IMG/VR virus record: IMGVR_UViG_3300025099_004014
Location: 1 to 36,520 of that record
Length of the DNA: 36,520 bases
From: a virus
Taxonomy: Duplodnaviria > Caudoviricetes
Reading direction: 5' to 3' (one strand)
This document shows, one piece after another, positions 1 through 11,300 of the stretch (within the stretch, counting starts at the first letter, position 1; each line of letters begins with the position of its first letter). A model generated the notes under the pieces. That model had not been told where the DNA came from. It saw only the letters and a list, made by a program, of their open reading frames with translations, and did no database searches. The position numbers and the translations under genes are program-made.

Positions 1-3000
1 CAAACCAGCGCCTGCACCCAAAGGGATACCAAGCTGGCGATGTGATAAGTTTCCAGGGCGGCGGACTGCTTCGTTACGAAATGGGAGAGCATTATTTGGA
101 GACATTGTATCCGAATTAACATCCCTAAACAATTGTTTTGAATCTTGTTTAGACCCTGGGGCTGAAAACAAGTCTACAAAAATGGTTTCGTTGGTTCGAA
201 CACCTGATCGTTGACGGGGAGCCGGGTAACCAGCAGAACCAGTCAAGCCCAGCGCACGGCGGCTTGGGGGGGTCAAGAAAGCCGTGGGGGCACTATAAGC
301 ATAAAAAGTAGGATTAAAAACAAAGTCCATGTTTGTAGCTGATCTGTCATTACCCTGGACAACTTCATAATATTTTGAATAGTTGCCCACCAAACGAACG
401 CCATCGCCCGTTGTGTGATCGGATATAACTGTCTTTATGTTTTCAATATTAAGAGGGGATTTAGAACCCGCACCTCTTAGGTATTTACCTTTAGGGACAG
501 TTTGGACGGTCAGCGTGGTAATTGACCCAGTACCGCTAGCAATTTCTAAAGTGTATTCTTCGGCTCGATCTACCGTTCTAAATGGTGCGTTGTGCCTTGC
601 TTGGAGACCACCAACATGTCGCTTAGTGAAGGGACCCTGTAATGGCACGCTATGACGGAAAGGAAGAATACTATCTTCATGTAAATTAGTAATAGATATT
701 CCCGACAGACCCGAAGCTATCAGCCCGGCATTGTACCCAGAAACGACGCTAGAACTTATAGCAGTAAAAGGAGAGAGATTATCCCCCTTATAAAGACCAG
801 ACCCCAATTCAACCCTAAAAGAAATTTTCTTCTTCTTGTTGGGTTCGGTGTCGTCTGTACAATCCTCCAATGGCTCGAATCGACTAAAAGTAATATTGCG
901 CATATTGCGCTTTTTGTTCCAGGTCTGATTGATTCCGCCATAATAAGGGAAGCGAGGCTCCGCAGTCAAACACACCACAACATTACGGGATTGTTCTTTT
1001 TGAAGAGCATTTAGAACAGCATTTCGAGTAGGCAAGATTCCCACAGGAGTATCAAAAATAGGATTATCTCGAAGGGCACGAGTTTTCCACCAAAAACAGT
1101 TCTCATTCTGCTCATTAGATAAAGGGGCATGGTTGAACTTCCATCCTGGCGCATCATAACATATTGAAGTGCTAGGTCCACCAGTGATGCCGGGGGGAGG
1201 CCATGACCGTCTTCCTCGGAGGATTGATGCCCGATGTTGTATCTTGGGTCTTTCTAAAACATGGTTCTCTACTATTTTCCGGACAGAATCTGCAAACCGT
1301 GCGGATTCTGGAAATAGTTGTTCTATCATTTCGCTCATTGAAGTATCGAGCCACTTATAATAATCAATATATTTTTCAAGATCGGGAATATCGTTCCGGA
1401 CTTTTCTAAAGAATATCTCCCTTACCTTTTCCATTCTTTTATAGTTGAGCCGGTATTTGTTAACCGGTTCGCCGATTAAGTTATTGAAATCTTCAATAGA
1501 AGCAAATAACTTAAGCATCTGACTGGAGATGCTGCGGTACATGCTTTTCTCAACTGCAAAAAAGAAATCAACTGGTCGAGAATATATCCCAAAAGTCTGA
1601 TCATCCGAGTTCATTACCGTGACCATGGAGTCCCCGCCGATATATTCTGGTATTTGCAGTTTATCGGTATAGACATATTCTTTTCGCACGGGTGTAGCAT
1701 TGGCTACGAAGAAATCCCCTCGACCAGTGTGCTGTCGCAGGTTAATTTTACTAAAGATAGGATTCTGATAATTGCTTACATAATCAGGAGCTACGGACCC
1801 GGAGGACAAATCGGAAACACCAAAACGACCGGAAGCATTACTACCTGTAATATCGGTAAACTCCCAGTTCATTGCCAGTGTTTGAATTCTTGGGATATAA
1901 ACTCCCGGATTTTGAGTCTGAAACGAATATGCATTCCTATATGGTCTTACACGCCCGTGAGTATCTGCTTCTTTGGCCTGAAGGTCTAATGTTCCAGAGG
2001 GGAAATAGTCCGTCCAGTAGCGGGTACTGGATGCTCGAACATCTGTTTGCGTAAGGACGCTTCCAGTATAATTTGTTCTGTGAGCACCTACATATATTCT
2101 TTTATTACTTTCTAAAATATTCGCACCGTCTTGGGCGGTCATGCTTGCACTTACTAAGAAGCTATTGCGTTTCATCCCGGTATCATAATTGACACCATAC
2201 AGTTCTAAATAATAGCCATCCCCAGCCACAGAAGCACCATTAATGCCGTCGGCAAAGGGGTACTTTTTAGGTCGGAGAGATAGGGTAAGGTTCCACTTCT
2301 GATTGTCGTATACTTCATTGAAAATAGAACTGGTCAACAAAGTTGCGCCGGCACTATTTTTAACGACGAAGTAGGCATCCCGGACCTGATATAAAGGAGA
2401 ATATACCTTCGCATACTCGCCGGGACTCCTGACCGCATAGACTTGGAGTCCATAATCATCGGCGGGAGCAGCCCAAGTTAAGTCTGTAGAAGTCTGGCTG
2501 CTGTCCATGGGAGTATGAAACCCAACAAGAGAAGCTTCCAGAATTTTGGGCACCTCATATGATAAAGATCTAAAATTGGATTTATCGGGAAATACAAACT
2601 CTGACTGTAGCGAAAAAGCAAACTCTTCTATTACACTAGAGCCTGTTATAAACCCCACCGAATTAGCATTAGTAGAATCATAATACTGATATACAGTCGC
2701 AGCATCGTCGGACTGATTCAATAGCCCCGTAAAGTCGGCAAATTTCTTAGGGCTGGATGTCGAGAAATAATTACTCTTCAGTTGGAAATCTGAGTTGCTA
2801 GGGTAAGTATTGAGAGCAATTACATCCTCTCCTACACCCAAACAACGGATGAAGTTTCTAATTGCTTTTTCGTTTCCTTTGCCCTTGAGGATATAACTTA
2901 AGTTATTATAAATATTTTTATATATGGAGTTCTTGACATCAGCCAAAGTCTGTTCAAAATTTATTTGTTCGTCACGCTGTAAAAATTGTGCCAGGGTTCC

Positions 3001-4596
3001 AATATTCTCAAATATTTCTGGTGCCTCAATACCAAATGACTCAACCAAACGGTCATTATAGGGAAACTGATTTATAGAGGCACTAACACTACCACTAATA
3101 TAGTCCGTATATTTTAGACCTTTCATTACCGTCAATTGATTATATAGAGTATCAAAATAACTTGAAATTATCTGTGTAAGATCAACAATCTCATTTGCGC
3201 CCGCTTCTTCAGCCTCAATTATCCAATTAGGCAAATTATTCATCAAACGGGCACCGTTTTGATAATCATAGTTACTACCAGAAAGAAGATACTGCGCTTT
3301 TTTAGTAGTATATAAAGGATTTTGAGTCCTCACAATGGGCGAAGCAACTTCTGTAACGGAGGTCAAATTCAAGGAATCCAGAGCAGAGCCTGTATTGCGA
3401 CTATACAAGGGGTTATATCCGGTGTAAATACCATTAGAGAGCCGACCAGAATAATCTAAAAAGTCATCATCTATACTAGAAGTTCCCGTTATACCCTCAT
3501 TGAACTTAAGATAAACGCCCAGCCCAACATTGGCATCATATTTATTAGAGCCGCCGCCAACACTACTAAGCCAATATCGACCAACCTGTTCGTCATTTCT
3601 ATTCGTTTTCCAGAAGCGGAATTCATCTATGGATCCAGATAACTTGCCATACCCCTCGGCGACGCCAGGCGAACCAACAATATCTGCCCGTAGGGCACCA
3701 AGATTACCAATCATAGAGCCTGTCACCAAGCCTATTTCTGCGGAAGCAGCAGGTGGAATAGCTGTTTCTACACAGGACCCATTTACAAAAAAGTCAATAG
3801 TAGGAGACGAACCAGAGGTATTAAATACAAATGCATAATTCCTAAAAGTTCCATCAGCGATGGTCAATCCGCCGGCAGAAGGTACCCGCACTGCGTCAAA
3901 GCCGGTTGTTCCTGATAAGAGAGTAACAAAAAAGCTGTCTTCGCTTCCTTGCCTTATTTCGATTCTCAGGCGACCATATGTAGAGTCTGTAGTGGGAGCA
4001 CCGTTCCAAAGATCAAAGAGAACTTGTCTATCCGAACTGGTGAGGACATCTGTCAACCCCTCTTTCTTAAAGAAGAATTCTACAGTATTTCCATACTCTC
4101 CGCCAAACTCCAAGTTAGAGGTTCTGTTTTTATCTTCATTATAAATTGACCCTGAGTGTGGACCGCCCTTTATTTGAATGTATTCTGCCGAAGAGGAATA
4201 GTACCCTGAAGCATCAGAGGCTACAGTTCCATAATCCGCACCGATAGTCACATACCCAGTAGATCTAGGATATACATCTTCTAGAATAAACTTTTCTAAA
4301 GGATTGATATCATTGTAAAAGCTTGTTCTCTCTAAAACAGACCCATCGTAAGGAAAATAATTTGCAATGTACTCAAAAGCATTTTTGTAATATTGCTCAG
4401 CAGACCCAAACTTTACAAAGTTTTTGGGGTCACCATAATTTATAGAAGGAAGAAAGTACCGTTGTCTTTCCAGAGAGGAGGATAAATGAGCCTGAGATTC
4501 TATACCGTCGCCTAAACCATCAGGTGATGAAGCCTTAAGGTACTTCCCAACAGTTACTGCCTGCTTATTTTTTTGAAATAACTTTTTTACGCTCAT
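1..4596 (-). CDS. Large virion structural protein (baseplate/tail) with LamG/concanavalin-like domain; 3'-truncated by the window edge (>1532 aa)
   Basis: Absent from the ORF track, consistent with no stop codon inside the window. ATG at 4596 overlaps the upstream TGA (ATGA). Hand translation of several segments is open: MSVKKLFQKNK..., a LamG-type signature KLSGSIDEFRFWK, IYNNLSYILKGKGNEKAIRNFIRC (resembles tail/baseplate wedge proteins), and ...NNALPFRNEAVRRPGNLSHRQLGIPLGAGAGL at base 1. Confidence 0.8.
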   Translation of the reverse strand, partial: MSVKKLFQKNKQAVTVGKYLKASSPDGLGDGIESQAHLSSSLERQRYFLPSINYGDPKNFVKFGSAEQYYKNAFEYIANYFPYDGSVLERTSFYNDINPLEKFILEDVYPRSTGYVTIGADYGTVASDASGYYSSSAEYIQIKGGPHSGSIYNEDKNRTSNLEFGGEYGNTVEFFFKKEGLTDVLTSSDRQVLFDLWNGAPTTDSTYGRLRIEIRQGSEDSFFVTLLSGTTGFDAVRVPSAGGLTIADGTFRNYAFVFNTSGSSPTIDFFVNGSCVETAIPPAASAEIGLVTGSMIGNLGALRADIVGSPGVAEGYGKLSGSIDEFRFWKTNRNDEQVGRYWLSSVGGGSNKYDANVGLGVYLKFNEGITGTSSIDDDFLDYSGRLSNGIYTGYNPLYSRNTGSALDSLNLTSVTEVASPIVRTQNPLYTTKKAQYLLSGSNYDYQNGARLMNNLPNWIIEAEEAGANEIVDLTQIISSYFDTLYNQLTVMKGLKYTDYISGSVSASINQFPYNDRLVESFGIEAPEIFENIGTLAQFLQRDEQINFEQTLADVKNSIYKNIYNNLSYILKGKGNEKAIRNFIRCLGVGEDVIALNTYPSNSDFQLKSNYFSTSSPKKFADFTGLLNQSDDAATVYQYYDSTNANSVGFITGSSVIEEFAFSLQSEFVFPDKSNFRSLSYEVPKILEASLVGFHTPMDSSQTSTDLTWAAPADDYGLQVYAVRSPGEYAKVYSPLYQVRDAYFVVKNSAGATLLTSSIFNEVYDNQKWNLTLSLRPKKYPFADGINGASVAGDGYYLELYGVNYDTGMKRNSFLVSASMTAQDGANILESNKRIYVGAHRTNYTGSVLTQTDVRASSTRYWTDYFPSGTLDLQAKEADTHGRVRPYRNAYSFQTQNPGVYIPRIQTLAMNWEFTDITGSNASGRFGVSDLSSGSVAPDYVSNYQNPIFSKINLRQHTGRGDFFVANATPVRKEYVYTDKLQIPEYIGGDSMVTVMNSDDQTFGIYSRPVDFFFAVEKSMYRSISSQMLKLFASIEDFNNLIGEPVNKYRLNYKRMEKVREIFFRKVRNDIPDLEKYIDYYKWLDTSMSEMIEQLFPESARFADSVRKIVENHVLERPKIQHRASILRGRRSWPPPGITGGPSTSICYDAPGWKFNHAPLSNEQNENCFWWKTRALRDNPIFDTPVGILPTRNAVLNALQKEQSRNVVVCLTAEPRFPYYGGINQTWNKKRNMRNITFSRFEPLEDCTDDTEPNKKKKISFRVELGSGLYKGDNLSPFTAISSSVVSGYNAGLIASGLSGISITNLHEDSILPFRHSVPLQGPFTKRHVGGLQARHNAPFRTVDRAEEYTLEIASGTGSITTLTVQTVPKGKYLRGAGSKSPLNIENIKTVISDHTTGDGVRLVGNYSKYYEVVQGNDRSATNMDFVFNPTFYAYSAPTAFLTPPSRRALGLTGSAGYPAPRQRSGVRTNETIFVDLFSAPGSKQDSKQLFRDVNSDTMSPNNALPFRNEAVRRPGNLSHRQLGIPLGAGAGL

Positions 4597-6107
4597 TTAT
4601 CTTCTTCTTTAATTCTAAATTTGAACACTTCTGGTTGTTCTAGGTATTCCCCCTGTAAATAGTATGCAAACCCAATTCCATAGGCATAACCCGAGGCAAG
4701 ACAGGAGGTATCTAGTTCAAAATAATTTCCACTAACATCATAAGATAAACGAGTAAAGTTATTATTAGAACTGCCGGTACCGTAAGGGATGACATCAAAA
4801 TTATCTATAACCCTAAAGATTCTATAATAAGCATCTTCAATTATTTCGGGCACCACTTGAGATGTGGCGACCGTATAAATATTAGGGCTCCAGTTCTTTT
4901 TTCTAGTGAACAATCTTAAGGTGGGCTTTTGACCCTTGTCATAAGAGTCTTCTAAATTGGTAAGAGTTGTAACATATTCCTCTTCGTGGATACCATCAGC
5001 AGTATTTACTGTTTTGGGAATATAAGACCCGGATATAAAGTTCACACGGGATCCGCCAGAGCCAGTATGCCAAACATCAAAGATAGTATCGTATGAACTG
5101 GTACTGGCAAAAGATGCAGTATAAATTCCGGGGACTTGAGCGCCGTTTTCAACAAGCAAAGTACCAGTTATGGTTGTCCTTACGGTGCCTGCCGTATCAA
5201 CTACTACTTGTAAAGCATTTCCTGTTGGAGCAGCCGATCCTGAATAAATGTCTACAGATAATCTATCGTTTACTAAGCTAGGAATACTCTTGAGTTGCCC
5301 TCGCACAAAATTGTACATGAATAAAGTATTTTGATTATCTGCTCCCGAAGCAACACTACTACTGATATAAAAACTCGCTCTGTTGTCCTTGCGGGAAGAA
5401 TCCCATCGAGCCTCTAAGGTAGGTCGGTATAGTTCAAACTCACTAGTTCTAGAAAAGAACTTTTTCGTATAATAGGAATCGCTACCCGACACTACAGCAT
5501 CAGGGAATTTGATAAGGAAGCCATTGTTTGCTTCCGAGCTATCTAGCCATTTATAAACTTGTGTAGATACATCTAGGAAAACATTTTCCAGTCCCGTATC
5601 AAAAGTTACTGTCTTTTTAGTATCACCTGCCGCTAGATAGGTGCCGCCTGCCTGCGTCCAGGTATTAGAAGAATCTCTCCTATCCCAGTTTGACTGTCCT
5701 AGATCGGTATAGTTATCCATATCTAAGCCACGACCCTCAGTCCATGCTTCAGATAGCATATAAACATCTAAGGTATAATCTAAAGGCACAGTGCTTCCAT
5801 GAGGTGCATTGTACAAATTGAGATAGAACTTTATTTTAGAAGAGTCAGATGGTAATACCCCACTAGACATATCAGCAGCCACATCGGAAGTGGGAAACTG
5901 TATCACCACTCTTGATTGTTCTGCCGCATTAGCATTCCCTTCTGAGGCAGGTATTGATAAGGAGGTAGAGGTTTGACCGTGTATTACAAATGTTTCTAAA
6001 ATATCCGCAGCACCCATATTAGACCCGGTGCCACGAGTAAGAAGATTAGCCTTAAATGCATTAGTTACTGTATTGTCTGCCGAAGCATAATATTTCTTTA
6101 TACCCAT
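4593..6107 (-). CDS. Virion structural protein, DNRLRE/CBM96-like beta-rich N-terminal domain
   Basis: 504-aa ORF, Ser/Thr/Gly rich. Motifs ADNTV, W..GRG, LDVSTQVYKW and NNGFLIK resemble DNRLRE-type domains. Tightly coupled within the baseplate operon. Confidence 0.6.
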   Translation of the reverse strand: MGIKKYYASADNTVTNAFKANLLTRGTGSNMGAADILETFVIHGQTSTSLSIPASEGNANAAEQSRVVIQFPTSDVAADMSSGVLPSDSSKIKFYLNLYNAPHGSTVPLDYTLDVYMLSEAWTEGRGLDMDNYTDLGQSNWDRRDSSNTWTQAGGTYLAAGDTKKTVTFDTGLENVFLDVSTQVYKWLDSSEANNGFLIKFPDAVVSGSDSYYTKKFFSRTSEFELYRPTLEARWDSSRKDNRASFYISSSVASGADNQNTLFMYNFVRGQLKSIPSLVNDRLSVDIYSGSAAPTGNALQVVVDTAGTVRTTITGTLLVENGAQVPGIYTASFASTSSYDTIFDVWHTGSGGSRVNFISGSYIPKTVNTADGIHEEEYVTTLTNLEDSYDKGQKPTLRLFTRKKNWSPNIYTVATSQVVPEIIEDAYYRIFRVIDNFDVIPYGTGSSNNNFTRLSYDVSGNYFELDTSCLASGYAYGIGFAYYLQGEYLEQPEVFKFRIKEEDK

Positions 6108-6108
6108 C

Positions 6109-7902
6109 TTATGTTACCGCCCCCACAATATCAGTATCGGGAAAAAGCACCTCAGCGGCAGTGTCTTCTGGGAGGATCAAGAATCTTCCGTCATCCGATA
6201 AGTTAGAATCTATATCAAAACGGTAATTACTATACAAACCGCCAGTTTTGTTGAACAGTTCTACTTCCATAGTATCTACGACACCAGGAACATCATTAAG
6301 TAGCTTGTATATTTCGGAGATATATACAGCCTCGCCTACATTGAATTTGATATTAAGATATTCATCTTTTAGTTTTTGCACGCAAGTTTCCAATAACTCA
6401 TAGCGATTTATATCCAACTCAGGAAGGACTTTAAACCTAATGCCAATATTAACCACTCGGGCATCAAGAACATCTATAGTATCATTGATCATTCGATATT
6501 TGTTTAGCCAAATTCTAGTATTTTCTCGTATTGTTTGGTTGGGTGGGGTAAGATTTCCTACTGAATTCTCCGACAACAGATACACATTTAGATTGCGCTT
6601 TAGGGAATCTACATCTCGAACAACATTTGCTCTCTTAACCTTTCCAAACTTAGAAGGCATTCTATAAATAAGATTAATATAATCAGTCCTGGTTACCGCA
6701 CGATTCTGAGAGGCAAAGGTTCCATAGGCTCTTTGCCTAATTTCTTCCCCTGTCAAAATTGAGGTATCACCCAAAATTGGCTCTTCATTCTCTACCTCTA
6801 CTGAAGCGATTACAGAAGAAACCAAAGCTGGATCTAAGAGTGCTTGGTTTTTGAATGACAACTGAGGGGCTATTACATTGTTCAAAGAATCTACAGCTAG
6901 GTTTACATCGTCCGTGTTATTAGCGGTATAACTAACTGTCAGAACGGTATCGGTAGGAACTACCCCAAATTTATCACTTTGAATAAGATTAGTAGGATCA
7001 AAAGTCAAATCAGACACATATTGACGACCCGTAGTATTAAGAACTACATCAGCAGGATCAGCAACCACATCCCCAGTTAAGTTATTAGCCGATCCATACC
7101 CAAACTGAATAAATGTTTCCCCCTGGGAGGTATGCTCTGTTACAAACCTTCGAGGAACAGGTTTAATTTTCATAACATAGGGTGCAGCAATTCTATCGCT
7201 AGAAGTGTTTTTAAACTCTTGTATAATGACATCTTGGGTCAAAAAATCTACCTGATAATATTCATTACCCTGACTATCTGTTACCGAGAGGACTTCAGTA
7301 ATATTTTCTTTTGAAAGTTTTTGTCTATTAAAACGAACATAGTCTCCAATTGTGATAGTCTCGGTATACCTCTGTCCCGATATTACTTGCCCATAGGCCC
7401 GAACAGCAAAAAAGGTAGGGTTACCAGTAGATACATCAGTTCGGGCAACGGTAATCTGATTAGAGGGGTCTGTGAAGTCCACATCTTCAATCAAGGTAAA
7501 TACCGAGTTATTATCTGAAGAGAGTATTGTTCCGTTCTGTAATATAGGAAAATAATCTAAATCGGGTCCTCGGCTATTGGGGTCTGCGGGTGCAATTATA
7601 TAAAATGCTACTTGTCCTGTTGATTGGGCAGCGCCCTGGGTTTTATATCCTAGAATATTCGAAAGCCTGTTGATACTGTCGTACTGGATAGCACTGTCGA
7701 GAAAACCTTCGTTTGTCTGAAAATCTGTATAAAAAGACAATTGGTCGCCGACATAGGCAACCATATCCAACATAAGAGACCCAAAAGAAGCCTCACTAAA
7801 GTCCTTGAAAGTAGTGGGATAATAGCGTTGAGCATAGTTAACCAAATCCTCTTTTATTGAGTTAAACTCTCTGCTCGTATAATTTATGGGTCTTTTTGCC
7901 AT
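6109..7902 (-). CDS. Baseplate wedge subunit (T4 gp6 / baseplate J-like)
   Basis: 597 aa. N-terminal YTSREFNSIKEDL...DFSEASFGSLMLDMVAYVGDQLSFY, plus FGYG and SQNRAVTRTDY motifs typical of gp6-like wedge proteins. Follows a gp25-like gene. Confidence 0.88.
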   Translation of the reverse strand: MAKRPINYTSREFNSIKEDLVNYAQRYYPTTFKDFSEASFGSLMLDMVAYVGDQLSFYTDFQTNEGFLDSAIQYDSINRLSNILGYKTQGAAQSTGQVAFYIIAPADPNSRGPDLDYFPILQNGTILSSDNNSVFTLIEDVDFTDPSNQITVARTDVSTGNPTFFAVRAYGQVISGQRYTETITIGDYVRFNRQKLSKENITEVLSVTDSQGNEYYQVDFLTQDVIIQEFKNTSSDRIAAPYVMKIKPVPRRFVTEHTSQGETFIQFGYGSANNLTGDVVADPADVVLNTTGRQYVSDLTFDPTNLIQSDKFGVVPTDTVLTVSYTANNTDDVNLAVDSLNNVIAPQLSFKNQALLDPALVSSVIASVEVENEEPILGDTSILTGEEIRQRAYGTFASQNRAVTRTDYINLIYRMPSKFGKVKRANVVRDVDSLKRNLNVYLLSENSVGNLTPPNQTIRENTRIWLNKYRMINDTIDVLDARVVNIGIRFKVLPELDINRYELLETCVQKLKDEYLNIKFNVGEAVYISEIYKLLNDVPGVVDTMEVELFNKTGGLYSNYRFDIDSNLSDDGRFLILPEDTAAEVLFPDTDIVGAVT

Positions 7903-7925
7903 TTTTTAAAGTCTCGCCTTGTTTT

Positions 7926-8330
7926 TTAAGTAGTCATTACCGAAGTTATTATTAGTTGGTCCTGAGCATCTAAAGGAAGGATATTATATTTGATAACAAC
8001 CTGCACTTCGTTAAATGCCATAGTAGTAACTTCATCGCTCGTCAAAAAATCTATGGTCTCTAAATTTATCGAGGGGATATAAAAACTTGTTTGCTCTTTT
8101 ATCCTAGCAACCAAGGCGTCGAAAACATCACCGTCCATATTCTCAAATAAATAATTATTCAATCCTACACCAAAGTCAGGAAGCATGACTCGTTCCCCTG
8201 GGGAAGTCAGAATAAGATTCTTGAAGTTTTGCTTTATAGCCTCCAAGAGAGTTTTATTTAGACGATAAGGACCGTCCGTCCTGTCATATACAAGTGGTAC
8301 TGCTGGAGATATTCCCTGTCGTTTACTCAT
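7926..8330 (-). CDS. Baseplate wedge/sheath initiator, gp25/GPW family
   Basis: 134 aa with IKQNFKNLILTSPGERVMLPDFGVGL, the gp25-family signature. Confidence 0.9.
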   Translation of the reverse strand: MSKRQGISPAVPLVYDRTDGPYRLNKTLLEAIKQNFKNLILTSPGERVMLPDFGVGLNNYLFENMDGDVFDALVARIKEQTSFYIPSINLETIDFLTSDEVTTMAFNEVQVVIKYNILPLDAQDQLIITSVMTT

Positions 8331-11300
8331 GTTATAAGTAGTTGCTCTAAACGAGATCTTTCAGATCTCATCCTTGCCAAAGAAGAGACCACAATTGCAT
8401 TTGCCGGAGCTTCTATTAAATTTCGATCATCGATGGGCACATCCGGGGGGGTGAATTTGGCATCAAGCCAGTTCGTCATCAGGTTATGTACTTCCCTAAA
8501 TGCCTCACTTGTTTCATAATATGATGGATTTTCAGTAGTGGTTACATCTAAAGTAGTCTGGTATTCATAGCCCGCAAAAACAAAATATATACGAGTAATC
8601 AAGTCCATCCACTGGGAGGCATAATTGGGGAATATATCAGAAAGATTAAAGTACTTTTTATCGATACGACCACCGTCTTCCGCAGTTGAATTTGAACTTT
8701 GTAACATGGGCTTGCCATGAGTGGCAGTAAATTCATATAAATTGCCCGTGCGCAGATCATTTTCTAATGCGGGGTATTGTCCAGACCTAACAGCGGCATC
8801 AAACCACTCTCTGTATGCAGGAACCCTCTCAAAAGTGGCGAAGAAAGATCTAATAGGAGCGTTCCATATATTATTGGGGGACCCAAAAACATCCACCAAA
8901 GAAGGAAGAGAGCCATCCAGGGTTGCCAGCAGGAAGTCCCGAGGATGAGTAGAAGGCGGGTCATCTAACCTCGTTACCAAGTCTGCTCTGTATCCAGGAA
9001 TATTCAGGAGTGTGGAGTTGCTTCCGTAGCCTGCCTGTTCAACAGTTACTGTTACCTGTAATTTAAGCCAGCGCAGGAAACTTTCTTTATCTCTCAATAA
9101 GATGGTATCCAAGTATTCTATTCTGCTTTGAACTTGTTTAGGATTAAAATAAGTAACCTGTAAGCCATCCCAGGTAACCTCGTTCTGTGGATAAGATGAT
9201 AATGCCTTCTGGAATTTAAAAACTTGTTGACCGCTTAGTGCAGATAGCAAATTATCGTCAGCGGTGGCAACCTCTACCTGTATCCTCTGATAAGCCTGAG
9301 AAAATCGCCTCGAAATACTAATCTCACTATCATAGTACATCAGATAAGTTGCAATCAAAAATGGTGCTGGGAAGTAATAAGCCCCATATAATAACCCGAG
9401 GTCTGTTACATTTTCCAATACCTTACCATTTTCATCCCTTAGCATAAGTTCGTTTTCAATAAAATCATAAACCCTTTCACGATCAGCATCATTGGAGATG
9501 CCAAAGTCTCTGCTGCCATCATATGCCTTAAATCTTTTCCGAGGTTGACCATCGTCACCAGTACGACTTACTATGTGAGGGGCTTCTCTGGCTCCAGCCC
9601 CACGCTTGATGTTGATAGACATTTTGTGGAAAAACCTACTCAACATTCTTCGATATCGCTTATTTGTGGTATGATTTGCGTAAATGCTTCTATTGATAGA
9701 ATTACCGACTGATTGAGAAGCTGAATCAAGAAATCTTTGGAACATAGAGAGTAACAAGTTTTTTAAGTTTTCCCGTGGAGCCTGAGAGCTATCAAGGTGT
9801 AGGTTGTTTGATGGAACATTTCCATAAACCTTGTGTAATACTCCATAATTTTCATATATCAAATTCAAAAGCTGGCGCTCTTCTAACTCCGGAATTATCT
9901 TTCGAGTTAAGTAATCAGCTATCAGCACTTTCGTCCCAAAACTTCCCCAGTGTGGATAAGTGCGAGAAAGAGACATTATGTTGAGGAAGAATCCTTGCAT
10001 TCGTGATTGCAAACAAGCAATTGTAGCCTGGGCAATATAAGACTCTTCCGGCGTAATACACGGATCGGAATCAAGTTCAAAGAGGGGGCGGTTGAATGAC
10101 TTCATATATTTAGGGAGTTTTCTTCTGCCCGATTCGTGAGTATATCCTTGGTTTATGTTTCTGTCTATGAACTCTGTCGGATTAGAGACGGACACTGCAT
10201 TTAATGAATCCTCACTTAGGATTTTACCTATAGAGCGCCAGTCCTCCTCATTATTAGTAATAAACTCCTTATTTGACTCGCTGTTATATTTTGATGGGTC
10301 AACCATGGCGGCCCACAATCGATTAAAGCCACCATTCATTGTCCAGTGTGTTTGTTCCGGAATAGTACTCTCAATATATCCCCTAAGCGTATTAGAAATA
10401 AGATCGGATACTTGAATTTTAGATGGTAATAAAGGATTATCAGCAAACAACCCTAGACTTAAGCCCCTCAACTGACTGTTGTCGATTCCCGACATTAGAC
10501 CATAATATGTTATAGTATCTTGGTCGGGTTCATGATCTGCGGGAGAAGGAATATACTGGGCTATAATATTTTCATCCGTCATTTTTGGAGTGATCCCCGG
10601 CGTTTGGGGTGCTCGATATACCGTTACCCCCCCCTTACCCGATATGCTCCGCATAGAGAGGTGTATTGGTACAGGCTTGCTTAAAGTAGATCCAACAGAA
10701 TCGTTAGTCCAGCTTTCTGTTTTTTCTCCAAGTTTTAAATAGTAATCTTCCATATCTACATCCTCATGCCCTGCCGGTCTGATGGCAGTCAGCTTCTTCC
10801 GGAGGTTCGCTGGAGAGGTTCTAAGAGCATAAGAGCCTATACGATGTTGAGTTTGCGGGAAGTCTCTGGTGCTTCCCCCTACCCATCCAAATAACCATGG
10901 TTCGGTTGTGGGTGGGGAAAATGGCAGTGCTAAACTAGATCTCATCTTATCCGCTTTGTTTGTTCTGGTGTCAGTGTTATACCCACCAATTACCCTATCA
11001 GCCACATCGGTTTCGAGGGCGATGCCGAGATCATCGAGGTCTTCGATGACCCAATCACGCATCCAACCGCTGCCAAGCAAATGGACATCTTGCATAACGG
11101 GTTTTATAAATCTTTTTAGCAAGGTAGTATTTGTTTTACCCCCAGCGGCGTCCCAGGACTGAGGCACTGTGTATACAATTTCGCTAACACGGGTAGGGGA
11201 GAATTCTAAGTTATAAATCTGAAGATTAGGAGACATTGCTGCTGGATGACTAGTGGAGATTACATTATAAGTTTGATAAAACAAATCCCTCCCCATTTGG

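Noticed and set aside
437-4149. Short ORFs listed in the first 4.2 kb
   Set aside because: They lie antisense or out of frame within the large minus-strand gene 1-4596 and lack SD sites or protein-like features.
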